A stretch of 64,000 nucleotides of DNA, taken from contig JBBRPR010000022.1 in assembly GCA_038227875.1 (NCBI GenBank), forward strand, positions 66,067-130,066, given 5' to 3'. A program made the position numbers and the translations under genes. The notes beneath the pieces were generated by a model. It saw only the letters and a list, made by a program, of their open reading frames with translations, did not search any database and was not told the origin of the DNA. The stretch's first letter is position 1. The number at the start of each line of letters is the position of its first letter. The stretch comes from Planctomycetota bacterium. GTDB lineage: Bacteria; Planctomycetota; SZUA-567; H5-PLA8. This document shows positions 18,758-27,559 of the stretch, in pieces.

Positions 18758-19687
18758 ATGCAGATTAAAACGTGCCAGGCTGAGAACTTGAAGGCGCTGA
18801 TGGATAAGATGCGGAAGCTCTACGGCCCTCAGGCCGTGCTGCTCTCCGTTCGTCGACTGGCGGACGACGATCGCCGTACTTCGGCCTACAACGTAATCGA
18901 AGGCACGGTGGCGACCGAAACACCGGCCGTGGCTCCGGAGCAGCCCACAGTGGCCTCCAAGCCCCAGATCCAGGCTCCTCCGCTCGCGGCTCGGCCACAC
19001 CCGGCGCCGCGTGAATCGGCAGCGCAAAATGTGCCGTCCGATTTCTCGCACACGGCCCCTTCTGCACCGTGCGAGAGCCTCGCGACGCTGCAAGCTGTGG
19101 CTTTGGTCGGTCCGATGGGCGCCGGCAAGACCACCACCGCCGCAAAAATTGCCGGTCGTTTGGCGCAGATGCGCAACCAACCCGTTGGCGTGATCTCCAC
19201 GGATACCGATCGCCCGGGCGGCTCGGCACTTCTGGCGGCTTACGCGCAGGAACTGCAACTCTCGATGACCACCGCGACCGCGGCATCTGATTTGCAGAAT
19301 CGTTTGTCACGCTGGAATTGCCGGGGACCACTGGTCATCGATACGCGCGGATACAGCCCTCGAGATGGCATCGCGATCGAACGCCTGGGCGAACTACTGA
19401 GCACCAATACCATGAAGATGCAACGCTACCTGGTTTTAAGCGCCACTGAACATCCGGCTGTGGCGCGCGAATGTCTGGACGCCTACGCCGCGATCGGTCT
19501 GCACGGTGTCGTCCTGACGCGCGTCGATCAGGCGGCCGGCATCGGTCACTGCCTGGCGGAAGTACGCAAGTCCAACGTGCCGATTGCTTTCATCGGCACC
19601 GGCGAACGCGTCCCGATGGATCTGCGAGAACCCAGTTCGACGAGTTTGCTGGCCCTGGAGAATTCCGCTCGAAACGTTTTCGCTTGA
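18758..19687 (+). CDS. flhF: SRP-family GTPase FlhF (short, divergent)
   Basis: B-domain-like N-terminus, GPMGAGKTT, DTRG, TRVD and GTGERVPMDL; lies between flhA and flhG. Confidence 0.85.
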   Translation: MQIKTCQAENLKALMDKMRKLYGPQAVLLSVRRLADDDRRTSAYNVIEGTVATETPAVAPEQPTVASKPQIQAPPLAARPHPAPRESAAQNVPSDFSHTAPSAPCESLATLQAVALVGPMGAGKTTTAAKIAGRLAQMRNQPVGVISTDTDRPGGSALLAAYAQELQLSMTTATAASDLQNRLSRWNCRGPLVIDTRGYSPRDGIAIERLGELLSTNTMKMQRYLVLSATEHPAVARECLDAYAAIGLHGVVLTRVDQAAGIGHCLAEVRKSNVPIAFIGTGERVPMDLREPSSTSLLALENSARNVFA

Positions 19688-19705
19688 TCTACAACCCGCA
19701 GCGTT

Positions 19706-20578
19706 GTGCCGGAGCCGTACTGCATGATCCCTGCTCACGAAAATAACACCAACCGAGAGCCACACATCTTTGTCATCGTCAGCGGCAAGGGCGGCGTCGG
19801 CAAGACTAACACCGCCGCCAATCTCGCCGTGCTGCTCTCCATGGGCGGCAAACGCGTGCTCCTCTGCGACGCCGACTTCGGCCTGGCCAACGTCGACGTA
19901 CTACTGGGCCTCTCGCCTCAAAAAACCATTCGCGATGTAATCGAAGAGCGCTGTAACCTCTCCGAAGCCATGCTCCGCGGCCCGGCGGGCATCACGATTC
20001 TCACCGCCTGTTCCGGCTACACCGACATGGCGGAACTCGACGCGCACAAGATGGACTGGCTGCTCGAGGAACTCAAGAAATGCGCGGCCGGCTACGACTT
20101 CGTGCTGATCGACGCCCCCACGGGCATCGCCACCAACATGCAGCGCGTGATCGAATTGGCCGACGAAGCCATTCTGCTCACCACCCCCGAACCCACGGCC
20201 GTAATGGACGCTTACGCGGTGCTGAAAGTGCTCTCGACACGCGCTCCGGATCTGCCGGTGAAACTCGCAGTGAACATGATCTCCTCGATGGACGCCGGCG
20301 AACGCATCGCCGCGGGCATCGATGAAGTTGCCTCCAAGTTCCTTAACCGGCGCATCGAAACCGTGGCGCAGATGCCCTTCGACCCGAATGTGCAACTGGC
20401 CGTCCGCCGCCAGATTCCGTACGCCTTGAATTTTCCCAACTGCCCCGCGTCGCGGTCGCTGCGCCTGATGTGCCAGCGCCTGCTTAACGGCATGCGGGAG
20501 CCGGTGTTGTCCACCGCCAGTCGCTTCAGCGCCACGCTGAACCGGTCCACGTCCTGGCCTGGCCCCTTGAACGGATAA
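19706..20578 (+). CDS. flhG: MinD-family ATPase FlhG/FleN
   Basis: SGKGGVGKT, DADFGLANVD and TTPEPTAVMDAYA. Start may be the ATG at 19724. Confidence 0.92.
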   Translation: MPEPYCMIPAHENNTNREPHIFVIVSGKGGVGKTNTAANLAVLLSMGGKRVLLCDADFGLANVDVLLGLSPQKTIRDVIEERCNLSEAMLRGPAGITILTACSGYTDMAELDAHKMDWLLEELKKCAAGYDFVLIDAPTGIATNMQRVIELADEAILLTTPEPTAVMDAYAVLKVLSTRAPDLPVKLAVNMISSMDAGERIAAGIDEVASKFLNRRIETVAQMPFDPNVQLAVRRQIPYALNFPNCPASRSLRLMCQRLLNGMREPVLSTASRFSATLNRSTSWPGPLNG

Positions 20579-20584
20579 TCGACC

Positions 20585-20980
20585 ATGTCGCAAGCCGTCG
20601 CCACTCCTCCAGCGCCAGCCCCTGCTACGGCAGCACCTGCAGCGCCACGCGTTTCAAACCCAAACGCAGCCGGTTCACTGGTCCGCGCGTTCGCTTCTGC
20701 TCCGAAGGGCGCTCCGCCCAAGCCCGTCGAAGAAGAAGCCCCACCCCCGGAACCGCGTTACAACCCCGTGGAGCTGGCGATTTTTCTGCGGCAGACCGTG
20801 CTGGTGATCTGTGCGATGGCGGCCGTGAGTTGCGCAGGCGCGGCGCGTTATGGCAACCGCAGCTGGTTGATGGCCGTGATGTGCGCCGCAGTCGCTGCAA
20901 TCGTCTCTGGCGTCATCGGCATGGCGCTTGCACGTAGTTTTGCAGAACATTGTTTGACCGAGGACACGCCCGTTAAATAG
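20585..20980 (+). CDS. Hypothetical two-TM membrane protein with Pro-rich N-terminus
   Basis: Fills the flhG-fliA gap in operon orientation; two hydrophobic segments. Confidence 0.65.
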   Translation: MSQAVATPPAPAPATAAPAAPRVSNPNAAGSLVRAFASAPKGAPPKPVEEEAPPPEPRYNPVELAIFLRQTVLVICAMAAVSCAGAARYGNRSWLMAVMCAAVAAIVSGVIGMALARSFAEHCLTEDTPVK

Positions 20981-21036
20981 GCAAACGCAGCCGGATGTCC
21001 TGGATCCCACGGTACTGAGCGGGAAGCCGGGTCTGA

Positions 21037-21888
21037 GTGAAAGGCAGTCTTATCGTGCTCGATTCAGAATCACACACTCACTCACACGCCCGAGGCCCCT
21101 CCGAGCCCCAGGTCTCCCCGCTGCCCTCACCTATCCAGCAACTCTGGGCGCGCCGCACCGCCGATCCCACGGACGCCGATGCCGTTGAGCAGCTCGTCAT
21201 TCATTACCGCCCGCTGGTCAATTCCGAAGTCCACCGCGCCCGCGCCAAGTTTCCGCGCCATGTCGATCCCGATGAACTCGATGCCGCTGGATTGGAATCA
21301 CTCTTCATGGCCATCGACGGTTACGACCCGTCGTTCGGCACCACGTTCGAAGGCTACGCGCGCCGGCGCATCTGGGGCGCGATTCTCGACCGCGTCCGCT
21401 CCATGGACGGCACCCCGCGGACCGTCCGCCGCGCCGCGAAGGTACTCAACGGCGCCACCAACAGCTTCCTCCAGCGCACCGGCCGCCAGCCTGGCATGGA
21501 AGAGCTGGCCGAGGAAGCGGAAGTTTCAGCCGATGAGCTCAAGCATCTTGAACGCTACTCGCGCATGTCCGGCAAGCTCTCGCTCGATGCCGTCTCGTCG
21601 AATGGTCAGTCGGATCACGACGATTCCTACGCGACCGCTGCCGGCCTCTCGAACGACAAGGTCCGCGATCCGCTCCAGCAGCTCACCGATGGCGAAACCA
21701 AAGCCGCGCTAGTCAAAGGGATTGAAGCCCTCCCCGATCGCGAACGCGCCATCCTAGTGCTGCACTACCACGAAGGCATCATGTTTAACGAAATTGCCGC
21801 CGCGATGAACGTCTCCGAATCGCGCATCTCGCAGATTCACGGACGTGCGCTGGAACGACTGAAGCGGTTCCTCACTTGCCGCGAGTAG
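21037..21888 (+). CDS. fliA: Flagellar sigma factor FliA (sigma28)
   Basis: FEGYARRRIWGAILDRVRSMD..PRTVR and EIAAAMNVSESRISQIH. Exact start uncertain. Confidence 0.93.
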   Translation: MKGSLIVLDSESHTHSHARGPSEPQVSPLPSPIQQLWARRTADPTDADAVEQLVIHYRPLVNSEVHRARAKFPRHVDPDELDAAGLESLFMAIDGYDPSFGTTFEGYARRRIWGAILDRVRSMDGTPRTVRRAAKVLNGATNSFLQRTGRQPGMEELAEEAEVSADELKHLERYSRMSGKLSLDAVSSNGQSDHDDSYATAAGLSNDKVRDPLQQLTDGETKAALVKGIEALPDRERAILVLHYHEGIMFNEIAAAMNVSESRISQIHGRALERLKRFLTCRE

Positions 21889-21951
21889 GCTCGTGGGGAC
21901 CTTCAGGTCAATTGGCCTGATGGTTAGAAATCAACACCTGCTGGGCCGCGT

Positions 21952-22290
21952 GTGGCGATGAAAAACTCCAACGCTACCGACCGCCGGACAACCTACCGAC
22001 ACCACTGCAATTCTGTCTGCCAGGTGGGCCTCAACGCAGTCCTGCGCGACTTGAGTCTGGGCGGCGCGGCCGTCGAGCTCCCGTTTTGCGTGCCGCCGGG
22101 CGAACGGATTCTCCTGCGTATCTACGACAACGATCCCAAACTGCGAAGTGTGTCTGCGGAAGTGCTCTCCACCAGCGGCGGACGAGTGCATGCATATTGC
22201 ATGCACGTGCGCTTTTATAAGCTTCAGCCGGACGTGGAAAAAGCGCTGCAGCGCTACTTGCTTGCGCTGCAGGCGAATCGAGTGGCGTAG
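21952..22290 (+). CDS. Stand-alone PilZ-domain protein (putative c-di-GMP receptor)
   Basis: RRTTYR (RxxxR) and DLSLGG (DxSxGG) motifs. Confidence 0.85.
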   Translation: MAMKNSNATDRRTTYRHHCNSVCQVGLNAVLRDLSLGGAAVELPFCVPPGERILLRIYDNDPKLRSVSAEVLSTSGGRVHAYCMHVRFYKLQPDVEKALQRYLLALQANRVA

Positions 22291-22385
22291 GTTTTGGTGC
22301 GGGTCGAGTCGGTCAGTGAGCACGTTGTGTTGTGGTATGGACTGGACAGTGTCCGATTTCTCGGACGCTTGCATCGGCTGGTGTG

Positions 22386-22592
22386 TTAGTCGCAGACAAA
22401 GTAATCTTTATGGCCACAGACACATTCGTATTCGAATCCCTTCACAGCGCCGTTCTCTTTCTTCAGTGTCAGCTTGCCGAATTCAGAATGCTTTCCCATA
22501 GGCTGAATCAGGACCGGCTGCGTCGCCACGGTAACGGCGCTGGCCTTCAAGCAGGCGGTATTGCGGCGGATGATTGCGGTGCGATTTCCCAT
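22386..22592 (-). CDS. Small hypothetical protein with C-terminal CxCxH...C motif
   Basis: GGAG RBS before the ATG at 22592, an upstream sigma54-like motif, and C-terminus KGFEYECVCGHKDYFVCD. ORF track starts at 22616. Confidence 0.65.
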   Translation of the reverse strand: MGNRTAIIRRNTACLKASAVTVATQPVLIQPMGKHSEFGKLTLKKENGAVKGFEYECVCGHKDYFVCD

Positions 22593-22640
22593 TGTAAAAT
22601 TCTCCGAGGTGTCCATTCACTGCGTTCCGTAGTGTTACAT

Positions 22641-22656
22641 GGCAAATCAAAGGCCC
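22641..22656 (-). promoter_or_regulatory. Putative sigma54 promoter for the small Cys-motif gene
   Basis: Minus strand reads GGGCCTT-TGAT-TTGCC; GG-N10-GC spacing. Confidence 0.5.
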
Positions 22657-22719
22657 ATTTTCTCAGCAGTGCTCAGGCATTTACTGCACATCCATTTCCT
22701 AACGATTCCCCGCAGGTTG

Positions 22720-22735
22720 TGGCAAGAGGATTGCA
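22720..22735 (+). promoter_or_regulatory. Putative sigma54 promoter upstream of cheY
   Basis: TGGCAAG-AGGA-TTGCA, a near-consensus match. Confidence 0.75.
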
Positions 22736-22809
22736 ATCTGTTCGGTGTCCGGCAAGCGTCCTAAAGTGCCCGGAAAATTTTGCGGCTGCCCTACTCGGAG
22801 ATTTTCAAT

Positions 22810-23190
22810 ATGCGCGTTCTAGTGGTCGACGACTCCTCAACGATGCGGCGAATCCTCATCAACTGTCTGGCGAAGATCAAGGTGACCGACGTCGCCCAGG
22901 CAGGCGACGGCACCGAAGCGCTGACCGTGCTCGCCGCGCAAGGTCCCTTCGATCTGATGCTGACCGATTGGAACATGCCGCAGATGACCGGCATCGATCT
23001 CCTCAAGGCGGTGAAGGCCGACCCCAAGCTCACTGCCATGCCTGTGGTGATCGTGACGACCGAAGCGGAAAAGGAACGCATTGTCGAAGCGATCAAGTGC
23101 GGCGCGGCCAATTACATCGTCAAGCCGTTCACGCCCGAAACGCTGTACGAAAAGATCAAGAGCCTCGTGACGTTGCCCGCGCCGGCCTGA
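22810..23190 (+). CDS. cheY: Single-domain response regulator CheY
   Basis: VLVVDDSSTMRRI, DWNMP (phospho-Asp), VTTE and NYIVKPF. ATG at 22810. Confidence 0.9.
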   Translation: MRVLVVDDSSTMRRILINCLAKIKVTDVAQAGDGTEALTVLAAQGPFDLMLTDWNMPQMTGIDLLKAVKADPKLTAMPVVIVTTEAEKERIVEAIKCGAANYIVKPFTPETLYEKIKSLVTLPAPA

Positions 23191-23249
23191 ACGCGGGTCG
23201 GATCGGTCAACTGTGCGTCCTTAACAACGATGATTAAGGGAACCTGAAA

Positions 23250-24296
23250 ATGCTCAATTCGCTCCAGAACACCAAGGCGCCTTCGGCCACCGGCGCACCA
23301 TCGGCCGGCGGTGACTCTCACAAATCGATCGCAGTGGCGGAAACGCAGAATCCGCCCAAACGCAAACTGCTCCAACCCGACAGTTTCAACGAGGTCAAGC
23401 TCGCGGAGGAATTCCGCGAGTCCACGAAGAACTGCAAGGCAATGTTCGCGGATCCCTCGTTCGATCTGCCCATGCTGCCGACCTCCGCGGTGCGCGTAAT
23501 GAACCTGATCCAGGATCCCAACGCCTCGCCGAAAAAGATCGCCCACGCGCTCCAGACCGACACGGTGCTGACGGCTAAGTTCCTGCGCATGGCCAACTCG
23601 CCCTTCTATGCCGGCACGCGCGTGATCGACTCCGTCCATGTCGCCGTTGACCGACTGGGCATGGCCGTCACCAAGAATCTCGTCCTCAGTATTTCACTCA
23701 ACGGCACGATTGTGCGCGAAAAGCGCCTGGGTCACAGCGCCATGGGACTGTGGTCGCACGCCAACAACGCCGCGCTCGCCTCGCAGCTCCTGGCCCAGCG
23801 CCTGAGCATGCCACAGCAGGCCGCGTTCATGATGGGCCTGATGCACGACATCGGTAAACTCGCCGCGTGGGTCACCCTCAACAATATCCTGAGCAAGTAT
23901 CCTGGCGTTCGGCCTGGCGTGCTCGAAATGCTGGTCGAAGAGAGCCATCTGGCCATGGGCGATGCACTGCTGACGATCTGGAAGATGCCGCTGGAAGTTC
24001 GCGTCGCTGCCGGCGCGCATCACAACATCGAATCCCTCAATACCGCGATGCAGTACGTGCTCGAGGTCTGTCCGGAAGTCAACGTCTCCGATTGCTCGGC
24101 CGTCGCCTCCACTGCCGCTTGTGTGATGCTCGCCGATCGCGCCTTGGGTGCGCTGGGACTGTCCGATGAAGAACTGGAGCTGGATGTGACCCAGCTGGAA
24201 GTGGCTGAAGAGATCGGACTGTCTCAGTCGCTTTTGATGACGTACCTGTCTCAATTGCCGAAGTATCTTCAGGACAACACGTTCCAGGATAAATAA
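23250..24296 (+). CDS. HDOD domain protein
   Basis: LPMLP...D..LTAKFLRMANS, AVDRLG, LWSHA, GLMHDIGKL and WKMP...HH. Confidence 0.9.
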   Translation: MLNSLQNTKAPSATGAPSAGGDSHKSIAVAETQNPPKRKLLQPDSFNEVKLAEEFRESTKNCKAMFADPSFDLPMLPTSAVRVMNLIQDPNASPKKIAHALQTDTVLTAKFLRMANSPFYAGTRVIDSVHVAVDRLGMAVTKNLVLSISLNGTIVREKRLGHSAMGLWSHANNAALASQLLAQRLSMPQQAAFMMGLMHDIGKLAAWVTLNNILSKYPGVRPGVLEMLVEESHLAMGDALLTIWKMPLEVRVAAGAHHNIESLNTAMQYVLEVCPEVNVSDCSAVASTAACVMLADRALGALGLSDEELELDVTQLEVAEEIGLSQSLLMTYLSQLPKYLQDNTFQDK

Positions 24297-24314
24297 AAAG
24301 TTGGAGTTTAGGGC

Positions 24315-24341
24315 TTAAACGCGGCATAATGGCGCCGATAA
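24315..24341 (+). promoter_or_regulatory. Putative sigma28 (FliA) promoter upstream of flgM
   Basis: TTAAA at 24315-24319, 14-15 nt spacer, perfect GCCGATAA at 24334-24341. Confidence 0.75.
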
Positions 24342-24362
24342 GCATTGCAGGAGAAGAGGAAT

Positions 24363-24698
24363 ATGCGAGTCGACGTCAACAACAGCATTAACGGCCCGGC
24401 ACCGAAAGATCCCCGAGCCGAAGCGGCCAAGCAAGGCGAGAAGGCCGGCCAGGTGGTTCCCGCCAGCACGCCCGATATCGATCACGATGGCGATACCGAC
24501 AGCGGAAGCAGCGACACCATTGAATTTTCGGCCGGTGCCCAGCAGCTGCTGGAACAGGGCAAGGGCGCTTCGGGCGCGGTTCGACCGGAGATGGTCGAGC
24601 GAGCCAAGTCGATTCTGCAGTCGGGTTCATACAACGACAAGGGCGCGATTGAAAAGACCGCCGAAAAAATTGCCGACAGCTTTAGCGCTGAGGCATAA
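24363..24698 (+). CDS. flgM: Anti-sigma28 factor FlgM
   Basis: DTIEFS...VRPEMVERAKSILQSGSY...AEKI pattern, upstream sigma28 motif and AGGA RBS. Confidence 0.8.
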   Translation: MRVDVNNSINGPAPKDPRAEAAKQGEKAGQVVPASTPDIDHDGDTDSGSSDTIEFSAGAQQLLEQGKGASGAVRPEMVERAKSILQSGSYNDKGAIEKTAEKIADSFSAEA

Positions 24699-24861
24699 CG
24701 GCGGACTCCGAGGTCTGGAGTCAGACTAGTTCCATGCGCTGCGCAGATTGCGCACGCAAGTTCTGACTCCCGGCCACCAGCCCTTTGCCAGTTCAACACA
24801 CCTCACCTCCCCCAATTAAATCCCAGGTTCTACCGTACGCGGCAAATTATCCCGCGTGTGG

Positions 24862-24877
24862 TGGCATTGGCGTTGCT
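24862..24877 (+). promoter_or_regulatory. Putative sigma54 promoter upstream of flgF
   Basis: TGGCATT-GGCG-TTGCT; GG-N10-GC spacing. Confidence 0.75.
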
Positions 24878-24905
24878 CTCTGTGTTACGTCACAGGAGCG
24901 AAGCC

Positions 24906-25646
24906 ATGACACCCGGAATTTACTCGGTAGTATCTGCAATGAACGCCCGCTGGACGCAGCAGACAGAAAATGCTGCCAACCTCAGCGGCTCGACCACCCT
25001 CGGCCACAAGCGCTCAGTCGTCGCGTTCGGCTCTTTCAATAAAGAGATGGCCGGCGCGCGCGAAGCGCAGGCAGCCAACGGCGTAAAAGTGCCGCCGCAG
25101 GATCTGGTCTACACCAAACCGGTCACCTACGATTGGTCGGGCGGACAGATGACGCCCACCGGCGCACCCCTCGACGCGGCCATTGAAGGCCCCGGCTTCT
25201 TCCAGATTCAGACGCCAGGCGGTCCGCGCCTCACCCGCGCCGGCCACTTCATGCTCAATAACAACAAGGAACTGGTCAACGACGCCGGCTATCCCGTGCT
25301 CAGCGCCGGCGGCGGCACGATCACCGCCGAAAATGGCGCAACGATCAGCGCCGACGGAACGATCAGCGTCAAGGGCCGCGAGATCAACAAGATCGCCGTC
25401 TTCAACGTCGACCGCACCGACGCGCTGAAGTCCGACGGCGGCGCGCTTTTTTCCGCCAACGGCGCCAAGGTCACCGAGATCCCCGCCAAGCTCGCGCCCT
25501 CCCAGTTGGAAATGTCCAACGTCAGCGCACCGGTCGAGATGACGACCATGATCCAGAACCAGCACATGTACGAAATGTTGACCCGCGCTTTCCAGGCGCA
25601 GGACGAAGGTTTGAGCAAGGCGATCCAGGATCTGTCCGGATCGTAA
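24906..25646 (+). CDS. flgF: Basal-body rod protein FlgF
   Basis: TGAPLDAAIEGPGFF, LTRAGHF and LEMSNVSAPVEM; precedes flgG; ATG after AGGAG. Confidence 0.88.
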   Translation: MTPGIYSVVSAMNARWTQQTENAANLSGSTTLGHKRSVVAFGSFNKEMAGAREAQAANGVKVPPQDLVYTKPVTYDWSGGQMTPTGAPLDAAIEGPGFFQIQTPGGPRLTRAGHFMLNNNKELVNDAGYPVLSAGGGTITAENGATISADGTISVKGREINKIAVFNVDRTDALKSDGGALFSANGAKVTEIPAKLAPSQLEMSNVSAPVEMTTMIQNQHMYEMLTRAFQAQDEGLSKAIQDLSGS

Positions 25647-25684
25647 CGAACGCAGTGGTCACGAACTAAATTGGAGAACTACAC

Positions 25685-26467
25685 ATGATTCGCGCATTGA
25701 TGGCCGCCGCCAGCGGCATGCAAGCTCAGCAGATGAACGTGGACACGATCGCCAACAATCTCGCGAACGTGAACACCTCCGGCTTCAAGCGCAGCCAGGT
25801 GATGTTCCAGGACATGCTCTATGACACCATTCGCGCTCCGGGCGGCAATCAGGGCAACGGCGCCAAGACGCCCTCCGGCGTCCAGATGGGACTCGGCACG
25901 CGAATGGTCTCCATCTCCAAGGTCTTCACGCCGGGGTCGCTGCAGGTCACCAACCGCGATCTCGATGTGGCCATCAATGGCCAGGGCTTTTTCCGAGTTA
26001 AAATGCCCGACGGAACCCTCGCCTACACGCGCGACGGATCCTTCAGCAAAAACTCCGAAGGCCGCCTGGTCAACTCCGATGGTTTTGAAATCGACGGCAT
26101 CGACGCGCTTTCGCCCAACTCGACGGCCGTGACCATCTCTGGCAACGGCACCGTCTCGGAAGTCGTCAACGGCACCACCGCCGACAAAGGCCAGATCAAA
26201 CTCTACCGCTTCGTCAATCCGTCAGGCCTGCAGTCCCTCGGCCGCAACTTGATGCAGCCGTCGGCCGCCAGCGGCGATCCGCAGGAAGGCATTCCCAGCC
26301 AGGACGGCTTCGGCAGCCTGCAGCAGGGCACGCTCGAATCCTCCAACGTTCAAGTCGTCGACGAAATGGTGAACCTGATCGTCGCCCAGCGCGCGTACGA
26401 AATGAACACCAAGGCCGTCCAGGCCAGCGATGAAATGCTCCAGGCCACCAACAACCTGAAGAGGTAA
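25685..26467 (+). CDS. flgG: Distal rod protein FlgG
   Basis: IANNLANVNTSGFK...FQDMLY, AYTRDGSF and LESSNVQVVDEMVNLIVAQRAYEMN. Confidence 0.96.
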   Translation: MIRALMAAASGMQAQQMNVDTIANNLANVNTSGFKRSQVMFQDMLYDTIRAPGGNQGNGAKTPSGVQMGLGTRMVSISKVFTPGSLQVTNRDLDVAINGQGFFRVKMPDGTLAYTRDGSFSKNSEGRLVNSDGFEIDGIDALSPNSTAVTISGNGTVSEVVNGTTADKGQIKLYRFVNPSGLQSLGRNLMQPSAASGDPQEGIPSQDGFGSLQQGTLESSNVQVVDEMVNLIVAQRAYEMNTKAVQASDEMLQATNNLKR

Positions 26468-26473
26468 TCGACC

Positions 26474-27529
26474 GTGAAAATCTTCTCCACTGTCACACTG
26501 CTCTCTTTGGCGCTCGTCTCGTCCGCCCCGTCTCTCCGGGCGGGCGAGGCGGTGCTGGCCGAGCCGATTGCCGCTGTCGCGCCCGTCGCGATTCCGGCTT
26601 CCACTCTCTGCGTGACGCTGAAGTCCGACGCCACGTCGACGGACGAACAAGTTTGCCTCGGCGATGTCGCCCAGATCACCGGTGTCTCCGATGCGGTCGC
26701 GACAGAGATGTACAAGTTCCCCGTCTGCCGCGCGGCCAATCCGGGACAGGTTCGCACCGTCACCGTCTCGGATGTGCTGATCGCGCTCCAGAAATTCTCG
26801 AAGTCCAAGACGAAACCCGATTTGAAAGGCAGCGACGTCAAAGTGATGGCCTCCGCGGACGTCGTCAATGGTCCGCAGTTGGCTGAAGCCGCCGCGACGG
26901 CCGTGCGCAACGAACTCTCCAAAGACCAGGACTTCGACGTCCGCTGCGAATCCGTTGGCAACACCACCGACCAGATTATCCGCGCCGGCGCGTACGAACT
27001 GAGCGCCGATCTGCCTGAAGAAGGTGCGCGTCCTGGCAACCAGAGCGTCCGCGTGCGCATTCTGCAGAACGGAAAACGCGTCGCCGAGACGGTCTGCACC
27101 GTCAACGCGCACATCACCTGCACGATTCGCGTGGCTGCCGAGCACATTCCTTCGGGCGACGTGCTGGAAGCCAACGAAGTGAAATCGATCCGCAAGGAAG
27201 TCACAGCAAATGATCTCCGCGAACGCTGCGACGTGACCAAGCTCTACGGCATGCGCGCGCGCACATCGATCTCTGCCGGACAAATGCTGACACGCTCCGA
27301 ATTCGCCTTGCCGTTCGTGATCAAGCGCGGCGAGGCCGTCCACCTGACGGTCCGGCGCGGCGCGCTGGAACTGACCGCCACGGGACAAGCGCGCGGCGAC
27401 GCGGCGCTCGACGACCCGGTCCACATTTTTATCGCCGACAGCAACGCCGAAGTTGTGGCTCGCGCCTCCGGTTTGCGAGAAGCCTGCATGGACGATCCCA
27501 GCAACCCCAACGGCAAAGGCCAACGCTAA
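26474..27529 (+). CDS. flgA: P-ring formation chaperone FlgA
   Basis: Signal peptide, SAF-like region, VIKRGEAV...GALELTATGQA; lies between flgG and flgH. Confidence 0.85.
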   Translation: MKIFSTVTLLSLALVSSAPSLRAGEAVLAEPIAAVAPVAIPASTLCVTLKSDATSTDEQVCLGDVAQITGVSDAVATEMYKFPVCRAANPGQVRTVTVSDVLIALQKFSKSKTKPDLKGSDVKVMASADVVNGPQLAEAAATAVRNELSKDQDFDVRCESVGNTTDQIIRAGAYELSADLPEEGARPGNQSVRVRILQNGKRVAETVCTVNAHITCTIRVAAEHIPSGDVLEANEVKSIRKEVTANDLRERCDVTKLYGMRARTSISAGQMLTRSEFALPFVIKRGEAVHLTVRRGALELTATGQARGDAALDDPVHIFIADSNAEVVARASGLREACMDDPSNPNGKGQR

Positions 27530-27559
27530 ATTTTCCGTTCAAGAGAGGAACCTTCGACC

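Noticed and set aside
20979..21050. c-di-GMP-I riboswitch before fliA (starts GGCAAAC)
   Set aside because: No GAAA-capped P2 stem or GACGCAAAGC motif follows.
22332..23237. 301-aa plus-strand ORF spanning the cheY region
   Set aside because: It overlaps cheY in another frame and covers promoter motifs; no protein motifs.
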